Assembly (NCBI GenBank): GCA_963662715.1
Contig: OY759724.1
Location: forward strand, 1,020,001-1,052,000
Origin: Candidatus Omnitrophota bacterium
GTDB taxonomy: Bacteria; Omnitrophota; Gorgyraeia; Zapsychrales; JANLHA01
DNA: 32,000 nucleotides
Reading direction: 5' to 3'
In this document: positions 24,960 to 32,000 of the stretch, piece by piece
Layout of the letters: every line of letters begins with the position of its first letter
Numbering within the stretch: the first letter of the stretch is position 1
Translations under genes and position numbers: made by a program
Notes under the pieces: generated by a model
Told to the model about the DNA's origin: nothing
Seen by the model: only the letters and a program-made list of their open reading frames with translations
The model's database searches: none

Positions 24960-25946
24960 TTATCCGGACTCAGAGTTAGCCATATCAGCGGCACTGTTTT
25001 CAATAAATTCTCCTATACAACGGAATTTATCATAACGTTCCTGCATCAATTCATCCTGGGACTTGGATGACAAATCTTTTATAGCCTTGAGTATGACCTT
25101 CTTCATATTTTTTGCCACAAAATGCGGATCATGATGAGCGCCGCCCGGGGGTTCGGGGATGATATCGTCCACAATCCCGAATTTCTTTAAATGTTCTCCG
25201 GTTAGTTTCAAAGCATTGGCGGCATCAGGAGCTTTTACGCTGTTCCGCCAGAGAATCGAAGCGCATCCCTCCGGGGAAATCACGGAATAATAGGCATTCT
25301 GAAGAATATAAACCCGGTCCGCCACCCCGATCCCGATCGCACCGCCGCTCCCGCCTTCACCGATGATAACCGCAACGATCGGGGTCGAGACCAAAGCCAT
25401 ATCTCTTAAATTTGACGCAATCGCCTGGGCCTGGCCCCGCTCTTCCGCTCCGATGCCCGGATAAGCTCCCGGCGTGTCAATGAACGCGACAATGGGCAAA
25501 CGGAATTTCGCGGCAAACTGCATCAGCCGGATCGCCTTGCGGTACCCCTCTGGATGGGCACAGCCGAAATTTCTCATAATATTCTCTTTAATGTCACGGC
25601 CTTTCTGATGGCCCATAATCACCACTTTATACTGGTCAATCTTGGCCAGACCGCCGATCAGGGCCCGGTCGTCAAAAAAAAGCCGGTCACCGTGCATTTC
25701 GATAAAATCAGAAGCCAGCATATGAATATAATCCAATGTGTAAGGACGGGCCGGATGCCGGGCAATTTGAACCCGCTGCCATTCGGACAAATGGCTGTAG
25801 ATGTCCTGTTTCATTTTTTCCAGCTTTTGTTCGAGCTTCTTAATCTCCGGCTCAATATTGATTTTCTTGTTTGTCCCAAAACTTTTTAGCTGTTCAATCT
25901 TCGCCTCAAGCTCAATAATAGGCTTCTCAAAATCTAACCCGTTCAT
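24960..25946 (-). CDS. accA: Acetyl-CoA carboxylase carboxyltransferase subunit alpha
   Basis: 328 aa. Supporting motifs are LDFEKPIIELEAKIEQL, ARHPARPYTLDY, FIDTPGAYPG and GEGGSGGA. The SD is AGAGGTGG. Confidence 0.93.
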   Translation of the reverse strand: MNGLDFEKPIIELEAKIEQLKSFGTNKKINIEPEIKKLEQKLEKMKQDIYSHLSEWQRVQIARHPARPYTLDYIHMLASDFIEMHGDRLFFDDRALIGGLAKIDQYKVVIMGHQKGRDIKENIMRNFGCAHPEGYRKAIRLMQFAAKFRLPIVAFIDTPGAYPGIGAEERGQAQAIASNLRDMALVSTPIVAVIIGEGGSGGAIGIGVADRVYILQNAYYSVISPEGCASILWRNSVKAPDAANALKLTGEHLKKFGIVDDIIPEPPGGAHHDPHFVAKNMKKVILKAIKDLSSKSQDELMQERYDKFRCIGEFIENSAADMANSESG

Positions 25947-25984
25947 ATGTGTTTACCACCTCTTAAATGTTAACGACACGTTCA

Positions 25985-26803
25985 CTAATCGACAATCACA
26001 ACCTCTGTCCCCATAGGAATAAGGCTGTAAAGCTCCTCAACTTCCGAGTTTCTCATCCGGACACATCCGGCGGTGACATGCTGGCCGATGGTTTCCGGCT
26101 CAACCGTCCCGTGAATGCCGTAGCCGGGGATATCAAAACCGAGCCAGCGCGTACCCAGAACATTCTCCGGACTCTCCGGCGGCACGATGACACCCCGGTT
26201 AAACCATACCGGATCGATGAGTTTTGACACAATCTTAAATGTCCCGACAGGCGTGCTCATATTCTCTCCGGTGGAAACTAGATAAACTTTTACAATCTCG
26301 TTTCCATCTTTAAGGATCAGAACATTCTGCGACTTATCGACAAAAATATTAAACTGACCTGTCCATACATACAACTTCTGCCCGACTCTTATCACATCGC
26401 TTTTCAAATTATTCCTTTTTTTGATAAGCTCAACCGTTGTCCCGTAGCGTTTGGCAATCTCTCCCAGCGTATCTCCCGAGACAACCTTGTGCGTTACGGT
26501 CTTCCCCGGGACAGAGGTGGTCGAGAAAATAATATTCATGTTCAGCTCTTCCAAATCTTTCTGAACATTCATAATATTATCGTAGTCAGGGTATTGTTTG
26601 AGTATTTCCTGGTATAAAACTCTCGCCTTAACATAATCCCCGGTCTTTTGAAAATTGTTCGCCCTTTTATAAAGATCAGAAACATTAATTTGCTTAACGG
26701 GTGGCTGCGCGGCAGGAGAAGGGGTTTTAGCTCTGAATAACGTAATCCATAACACGACGAGGACAACAACGGTTCCGCCTATGATTACAAATCGATTATT
26801 CAC
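25985..26803 (-). CDS. Membrane-anchored L,D-transpeptidase (LysM + YkuD domains)
   Basis: 272 aa. The GTG start has an AAGGAG SD 7 nt upstream. The domains are a TM anchor, LysM (HKVVSGDTLGEIAKRYGTTVELIKKRNNL) and the YkuD catalytic motif GIHGT ... GCVRM. Confidence 0.85.
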   Translation of the reverse strand: MNNRFVIIGGTVVVLVVLWITLFRAKTPSPAAQPPVKQINVSDLYKRANNFQKTGDYVKARVLYQEILKQYPDYDNIMNVQKDLEELNMNIIFSTTSVPGKTVTHKVVSGDTLGEIAKRYGTTVELIKKRNNLKSDVIRVGQKLYVWTGQFNIFVDKSQNVLILKDGNEIVKVYLVSTGENMSTPVGTFKIVSKLIDPVWFNRGVIVPPESPENVLGTRWLGFDIPGYGIHGTVEPETIGQHVTAGCVRMRNSEVEELYSLIPMGTEVVIVD

Positions 26804-26855
26804 AATTCCGCTCCTTTTATTAACGGGTAATTCTTGATCTGTTTAAACGGGGGTA

Positions 26856-27365
26856 TTACCGGCCCCACATGTCATAAAAAATGATCGACATGAAGCAGCC
26901 GATGATGGAACCGATAACGACCTGGATGGGAGTATGACCGATGAGTTCTGCCAGACGGTTCGTTTCAATTTTCCCCTTCCAATAAATATCATCAAGGATT
27001 CTGTTTAATATCTCGGCCTGCTGTCCTGTTGCGCGACGGACGCCCTGGGCATCAAACATCGTCACCATGGCAAACACCGCAGACAAAGCAAAAATCACGG
27101 AATCAAATCCCCGCTCAAGACCGACGGCTGTTGCCAAGGCTGTTACTCCTGCCGCATGGCTTGACGGCATGCCGCCTGTTCCGATAAACCATCTGAAATT
27201 AAATTTTCTCTCTCGTATGACCCCAAGAAAGACTTTAATGCATTGGGCTAAAGCCCAGACAGTGAGAGTAATAACCAGGATTTTGTTACTGAAAATTTCT
27301 TTAAAAAGAACGATAAAGATTTCCATAATTAAATAGGATACGGGGCTTTGAGCTTTATGCCCCAT
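26856..27365 (-). CDS. Divergent PAP2-family membrane protein (DUF212 / YuiD-like)
   Basis: Supporting motifs are TGGMPSSHAAGVTALATAVGL and MFDAQGVRRATGQQAEILN, as in B. subtilis YuiD. The start is uncertain: either 27365 or the ATG at 27326 (MEIFIV..., closer to the YuiD length). Confidence 0.75.
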   Translation of the reverse strand: MGHKAQSPVSYLIMEIFIVLFKEIFSNKILVITLTVWALAQCIKVFLGVIRERKFNFRWFIGTGGMPSSHAAGVTALATAVGLERGFDSVIFALSAVFAMVTMFDAQGVRRATGQQAEILNRILDDIYWKGKIETNRLAELIGHTPIQVVIGSIIGCFMSIIFYDMWGR

Positions 27366-27567
27366 CAGTTTTCAAAAATTTACTCATAACAGGAATCCCC
27401 GGAACAGTATTCAACCCGCCGCGAATTGAGAAATGCCTGGTGGGATTATACTGCGCAAAGTCCGGGATATCCTGTTGAGTCAAAATTTGACATGTTTCTG
27501 GATTTATGTTAGTTTACATTATAATTTTGCTTAACCAAAAAAGCAAGGTCTTTAATATTCTTATTTC

Positions 27568-27591
27568 AATATTTCTATTTATAGAAATATT
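27568..27591. promoter_or_regulatory. Perfect 11-2-11 inverted repeat, candidate operator upstream of comM/yifB
   Basis: AATATTTCTAT (27568-27578), tt, ATAGAAATATT (27581-27591). The right arm abuts or overlaps the -35 position of a TATAAT -10 at 27612-27617. Confidence 0.4.
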
Positions 27592-27669
27592 TTTAGTAAT
27601 CTTCCCCTGATTATAATCATTCCCCGCCAGCATACTTAACACTAAACTAATAACAGGCTATCTCCCAAT

Positions 27670-29205
27670 ATGTTAGCAAAAGTGCGAAGCTGCGGCCTTT
27701 CCGGCCTGGACGCCTATATCATTACAATTGAAGTTGATGTGTCGCCAGGGTTACCGGCGTCTATCATTGTAGGACTGCCGGACAGCGCGGTTAAAGAAAG
27801 CAAAGAACGCGTCCGCGCTGCCATAAAAAACAGCGGTTTTACTTACAAGCCAAGAAGGATCACTGTTAACCTGTCCCCCGGAGACGTTAAAAAAGAAGGG
27901 TCTGCCTTTGATTTGGCCATGGCTTTAGGGATACTGACCGCTACTGAACAGATATCAGCGGAAAACCTTCAGGATTTCATCGTTCTCGGAGAACTATCGC
28001 TGGACGGACAACTCCGCCCTATAACAGGAGCACTTCCCATAGCTCTTGCGGTTCCCCGGGATGAATTTAAAGGAATGATTATTCCTTACGACAATGCCTG
28101 CCACGCGGCTCTCGCGCATAACATTCCGGTTTACCCGGCCCGCACATTATCAGAAGCGGTCCACATCCTTTCTCATCACAGCGAAAGGCATCCTTTTACC
28201 ACAGACGATGAAACAGTCCTCGGTCATTCTGACGATGCCCCTTACGATTTTCTTGACGTCAAAGGACAAAGCCAGGCGAAAAGAGGCCTTGAGGTTGCTG
28301 CCGCCGGAGGACATAATTGTCTGATGCTCGGTCCTCCGGGCAGCGGGAAAACCATGCTGGCCAAACGTATTTCATCGATATTGCCGGAAATGACACGGCC
28401 GGAAAAATTGGAAGTGACAAAAATATATTCTATTATGGGGCTGCTCCCCCATCAATACGGATACATGAGGCACCGGCCTTTTCGCGCACCGCATCACACC
28501 ATCTCCGATGTGGCCTTAGTCGGTGGCGGATCAAATCCTAAGCCCGGGGAGATCACGCTGGCCCACAACGGTGTTCTCTTCCTGGATGAACTCCCGGAAT
28601 TCAACCGCAAAGTTCTTGAGACGTTACGCCAACCTCTGGAAGACCATGCCGTGACAATCTCGCGGGCTTCCCGAACAGTTGTTTTCCCCGCCCAGTTCAT
28701 GCTGGTGGCCAGCATGAACCCCTGCCCGTGCGGATACTATACGGACCGACATAAAGAATGCCGATGCGCCCCCCAGCAAATTCAAAAATATTTAAGTAAA
28801 ATCTCCGGTCCGCTCTTAGACCGCATTGACATTCATTTAGACGTTCCGGCTTTAAGGCCGCAAGAACTGCTCGCCGCCCCTCCACCCTCTGATTCATCCT
28901 CAAATATCAAAGAGCGGGTCTCCCGGGCCAGAGGCATGCAACACGACCGCTTCCGCGGCCTTCCGTTCTCTACAAATGCTTCCATGAATCACAAACACAT
29001 CAAAATATTCTGTCAAATCGCGAAAGAGAGCAGAGAATTATTAGGAAAAGCTATTGAAGAATTGGGGTTATCCGTCAGGGCGCACGATAAAATCATCAAG
29101 GTTGCCAGAACCATCGCGGACATGGATGGGCAGGAAAAAATTCTCCCCCATCATATGGCCGAAGCGATCCATTACCGGAGCCTGGACCGGACTTGGTGGG
29201 TATAA
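27670..29205 (+). CDS. comM: YifB/ComM-family Mg-chelatase-like AAA+ ATPase
   Basis: 511 aa. It has an N-terminal Lon-protease-like domain (GLDAYIITIEVDVSPGLP), Walker A GPPGSGKT, LFLDELPEF, the zinc-ribbon-like CPCGY...CRC, and a C-terminal ChlI-like helical domain. Confidence 0.9.
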   Translation: MLAKVRSCGLSGLDAYIITIEVDVSPGLPASIIVGLPDSAVKESKERVRAAIKNSGFTYKPRRITVNLSPGDVKKEGSAFDLAMALGILTATEQISAENLQDFIVLGELSLDGQLRPITGALPIALAVPRDEFKGMIIPYDNACHAALAHNIPVYPARTLSEAVHILSHHSERHPFTTDDETVLGHSDDAPYDFLDVKGQSQAKRGLEVAAAGGHNCLMLGPPGSGKTMLAKRISSILPEMTRPEKLEVTKIYSIMGLLPHQYGYMRHRPFRAPHHTISDVALVGGGSNPKPGEITLAHNGVLFLDELPEFNRKVLETLRQPLEDHAVTISRASRTVVFPAQFMLVASMNPCPCGYYTDRHKECRCAPQQIQKYLSKISGPLLDRIDIHLDVPALRPQELLAAPPPSDSSSNIKERVSRARGMQHDRFRGLPFSTNASMNHKHIKIFCQIAKESRELLGKAIEELGLSVRAHDKIIKVARTIADMDGQEKILPHHMAEAIHYRSLDRTWWV

Positions 29206-29249
29206 AAAAGCAGGGACACTTCTGTCAAAAAACTCTGCAGCGCATAAGC

Positions 29250-30242
29250 TTACCGGGACCCGGTCCCAAGAATTTCTTCCGCAAGTTTTTGAGCGACGGC
29301 GGCTCTTCCGTTTTCATCCAAATGCTCATCTATCGCATGACAAGCCTTCTCCTGCCGCCAGCAAAAAAATCTTCCGTCCAGCATAAGGGAAAGATCGAGC
29401 ACCTCGACTCCTTCCCGTTCGATAACCTTTGCCAGGAAAGAACTGTTGGCTCTGACCCTGTGCATAAAAGGTTCGCCGAGAAACTCTTGCCCCGCAGTCT
29501 GATCCAGCGGTGTAATATAAAACAATACGTTTATATCCATTGCCTTTAAAAACCTGATCATTTTCTGTAGAGCAACAATATTTTTATTATCCTCCGTCAG
29601 ATGATACATATAATTAGCTATAATAATTTTACGAAAATCTTCCGGGTGGCAGGTGTCCATGCCCATAAAATCCCGCATCTTCCCCATATAGCGGTCCCCG
29701 TCAAAAATTTTAATCTCAGCATATTCCTCCTGAGACGTTTCGGGGACAAAAGCCTTGAAGACCGACAGGGGTTTAAGAAAAACTTCCAGCGGCCTGAAAT
29801 CATAAGTATAAATAAATTTGTCTTTGGGATATTGATATTCCGGGCGGTATATCCAGACAGGAGAAAAGGACCTCAAGTTGATCGATACAATAAACAGGCG
29901 GGGACGGTGTCTCTTAAGGACAAACTTTATAATACTGAAAAACAAATCCATCTGCCCTGCGTCATAATACAAAGCCGACATTTTCCACCCATCGGGCAGA
30001 ATGTCATGCAACATCTTCGGCAAGGACTCTTTATTAATATCCGACGGAGCCGTCCAGTGAATGACGCTGTCTCCGAGAAACACAATGTCCGGACTCCGGG
30101 CTAACCGCTTCTCGAATGTCCTGATATTTTTTGGGACATCAGGAGGGTATACGGAGGATATAAAGAACTGCAGGCTTATGATAATAAACAAAAAAACAAA
30201 AACTTTCTTAACAAATTTTTTCATTCTGTCGATATCCCCCAT
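29250..30242 (-). CDS. Membrane-anchored SGNH/GDSL-like hydrolase candidate
   Basis: 330 aa. It has an N-terminal TM anchor, the block-I-like VFLGDSV, and the C-terminal AIDEHLDENGRAAVAQ, which resembles block V (Asp/His) but is spaced DxH rather than DxxH. An alternative start is the ATG at 30224 (MKKFVKK). Confidence 0.5.
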   Translation of the reverse strand: MGDIDRMKKFVKKVFVFLFIIISLQFFISSVYPPDVPKNIRTFEKRLARSPDIVFLGDSVIHWTAPSDINKESLPKMLHDILPDGWKMSALYYDAGQMDLFFSIIKFVLKRHRPRLFIVSINLRSFSPVWIYRPEYQYPKDKFIYTYDFRPLEVFLKPLSVFKAFVPETSQEEYAEIKIFDGDRYMGKMRDFMGMDTCHPEDFRKIIIANYMYHLTEDNKNIVALQKMIRFLKAMDINVLFYITPLDQTAGQEFLGEPFMHRVRANSSFLAKVIEREGVEVLDLSLMLDGRFFCWRQEKACHAIDEHLDENGRAAVAQKLAEEILGTGSR

Positions 30243-30304
30243 AACTGGACGGTGTTCGGCAAAGCCTATTCGCCAGGAAGATTGCTCCTCGAAAACAGAT
30301 CATG

Positions 30305-31903
30305 TTATTGAGACGCTCCTTTCCCTGAAGACGGGAAAGCGTAAAGAAAAAGCACCGGCTCTCCGTGCTTGAGCTGAAAAAGCCGCTCCCCCGTTTTATC
30401 CAGGTAAGACGCCAGGAACTCGTTCACGGGAGGATGATAGTGCGACAGCAGGATCCATGTCCTGGGCAAAACAGGAAAAGTCTCTAAGTGATGTTTCTCC
30501 GGGGTTATGTTGCCGGGAGCCAATGTTCCATCGGCATATATTCTGCTGTCGAATTGACAGGGAGAATGATACACAAACAAAAACGGCCTGCCGTTTTCTT
30601 CCCTCAGATGATCAGAGGTCATGGCCATGACCTTTGCTGCGACAGGAAACCGCAGCTGATAATACTGGAAGGCATAAAGAGTGCCGCCGGAGAGGATCAA
30701 ACCGTCATCGGCCTGCGAGTGTTCTGCCAGATATTTCATAAGCGGCCGGATATCCTCTTTGACATACGGATCCGGGAAATGGCCAACGGCGTTTTTAACG
30801 GGATAAACCAGCATCAGGCCATAAATCACAATTCCCAAGGCCATCCCTGTCCTGCCTCTCTGCATGAGGAAAGAGACCCCTTCACAAATGAATAAAATCA
30901 TTCCGGGACAGATAAATATTAAAGCTCTTCCCGAAAAAGGGTATAAACGGAGAACAGACAATATCAAAGGTATAAATAAAGGCATGACGAGAAGAAAAGC
31001 TTCCCGCGGCTTACGCTTTGATAAATGGACCAGGCCCAGGGAAAAAAGCCCTAGCCCCACGAGGGGAAAACGCAGCCCTACGGGATTCTCAAAAACAGAA
31101 AGCAACCGGTCTCCCAGCCAGCACAGCGAAGCTTTGCTGAATATGGGGCCGGGCAGAAAAGAACTGCTCCACATCGATGCCAACCCCTTGATATCGCCCC
31201 GCTTGCTGATCGCTAAAACATAAACAACCAGCACCATGCAGGCCCAACCCGTATAAACAGCCGCCTGTCGTCGCAAATCTGCAAAATCCCTCCTGACCAG
31301 CGCTGAATAAATAAAGACGCAGGCCGTGGATAATAGAACAAAAAGCGCCGGGTAAGACACCCACGCGGCCAGCATCCCGACCGCGGCAAACAGAAAAATA
31401 TCCCGGGATGTTTTTATCCCGGATAATAATCGAACGGCTAAAAAAAGGACGGACAAGGACATCAGGACGTCCGTGGAATATTGTTTTGCTTCCCCTGAAA
31501 AATATATGAAAGAATCGCAAAAAACAAATAACCCCAGGGCCAAAGGCACCGCGCGGGCTACGAGTATTTTCTTCGCCAGCTGATAAAAAATAAACAGGGA
31601 TAAAATGCCGGCGGAAATTGAGAGAAACCTGAAAGAGTATTCGTGATTTCCCAAAAGCATAACGGAAATCTTGCTTAAAACGGAAAAGCCCAGGGGGGAC
31701 GGAACCGTTAATTTTTGTCCGAGGACAATCTCGGAAAAAGACCTCTGCAGGATGTCCATGGCCCGCCAGCACTCATCCATCCATAAAGCTCTGTTGCTCA
31801 AATAATGATTAAGCCGCAGAACAATCCCTATGCCAATAAGCCCCAGGTTAAAACACTCATAACGGCCCGGCGGTTCCCGGAAAATTTTTTTCAGAAAAGT
31901 CAT
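30305..31903 (-). CDS. GT39/ArnT-like GT-C-fold membrane glycosyltransferase
   Basis: 532 aa. The first-loop acidic motif is ALWMDECW. It has about 10 or more TM helices and a soluble C-domain of about 150 aa. The SD is a G-run (AAAAAGGGGGGG). Confidence 0.7.
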   Translation of the reverse strand: MTFLKKIFREPPGRYECFNLGLIGIGIVLRLNHYLSNRALWMDECWRAMDILQRSFSEIVLGQKLTVPSPLGFSVLSKISVMLLGNHEYSFRFLSISAGILSLFIFYQLAKKILVARAVPLALGLFVFCDSFIYFSGEAKQYSTDVLMSLSVLFLAVRLLSGIKTSRDIFLFAAVGMLAAWVSYPALFVLLSTACVFIYSALVRRDFADLRRQAAVYTGWACMVLVVYVLAISKRGDIKGLASMWSSSFLPGPIFSKASLCWLGDRLLSVFENPVGLRFPLVGLGLFSLGLVHLSKRKPREAFLLVMPLFIPLILSVLRLYPFSGRALIFICPGMILFICEGVSFLMQRGRTGMALGIVIYGLMLVYPVKNAVGHFPDPYVKEDIRPLMKYLAEHSQADDGLILSGGTLYAFQYYQLRFPVAAKVMAMTSDHLREENGRPFLFVYHSPCQFDSRIYADGTLAPGNITPEKHHLETFPVLPRTWILLSHYHPPVNEFLASYLDKTGERLFQLKHGEPVLFLYAFPSSGKGASQ

Positions 31904-32000
31904 ACCCCCCCTTTTTCAATTATGGGACTAAAATCCTTGAACATCTTTTAAAAGGAATTCCCTTTCTCCGGACCGCACAAAAAAACAAGACCTTATTTGA

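Noticed and set aside
27478-27518. Second BirA operator upstream of comM, because AGTTTACA (27511-27518) is identical to the right half of bioO
   Set aside because: The only TGTCAA-like partner is in the wrong orientation (TTGACA) or 25 nt away (AGTCAAAA at 27478). No inverted repeat exists with the 14-16 nt spacing required for BirA.
31089-31772. 227-aa minus-strand ORF in an alternative frame of the GT39-like gene
   Set aside because: It lies on the same strand and is entirely nested in the 532-aa membrane-protein gene. Its translation is Arg/Gly/Pro-rich, an off-frame signature.

Overview
Bacterial chromosomal window, standard genetic code. It looks like an uncultivated lineage, but I cannot assign a taxon from sequence alone. 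I can support 27 protein-coding genes (one truncated at the left edge and absent from the ORF track), 2 tRNAs, one orphan sRNA candidate, and several promoters, terminators and operators read by eye.

Layout:
- 1-10.1 kb: hemW 5' end; a 47-aa Lys-rich KKKVA-repeat protein; a YfhO-family GT-C glycosyltransferase; a 99-aa protein with a Lys-rich tail; an SLC12-type cation-chloride cotransporter; a membrane coiled-coil protein plus a TerB-like protein; pgi; mnmA.
- 10.1-16.3 kb: a minus-strand biotin operon, birA-bioF-bioH-bioC-bioD/A (BioD and BioA fused). A BirA-type inverted-repeat operator overlaps the -35 of a near-consensus promoter.
- 16.3-17.1 kb: tRNA-Ala(GGC), a small membrane-protein ORF, tRNA-Leu(CAA).
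- 17.2-23.7 kb: an envelope glycosylation locus with two tandem paralogous GT-C-like membrane proteins, a secreted protein, a GT2 polyprenyl-phosphate-sugar synthase and a TMTC-like GT-C/TPR protein.
- 23.8-27.4 kb: rlmN, accA, a LysM-YkuD L,D-transpeptidase, a DUF212/PAP2-like protein.
- 27.7-31.9 kb: comM/yifB, an SGNH-like protein, a GT39/ArnT-like GT-C protein.

I see no CRISPR array, transposase, integrase, reverse transcriptase, toxin-antitoxin pair or recognisable defence gene.

The best candidates for undescribed biology are the GT-C-rich glycosylation locus (five GT-C-type proteins in 32 kb), the tiny KKKVA-repeat basic protein, the secreted protein with STI1/DP-like helical repeats, and an orphan promoter-to-terminator sRNA unit. 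All functional calls rest on motif recognition from memory, not on database searches.
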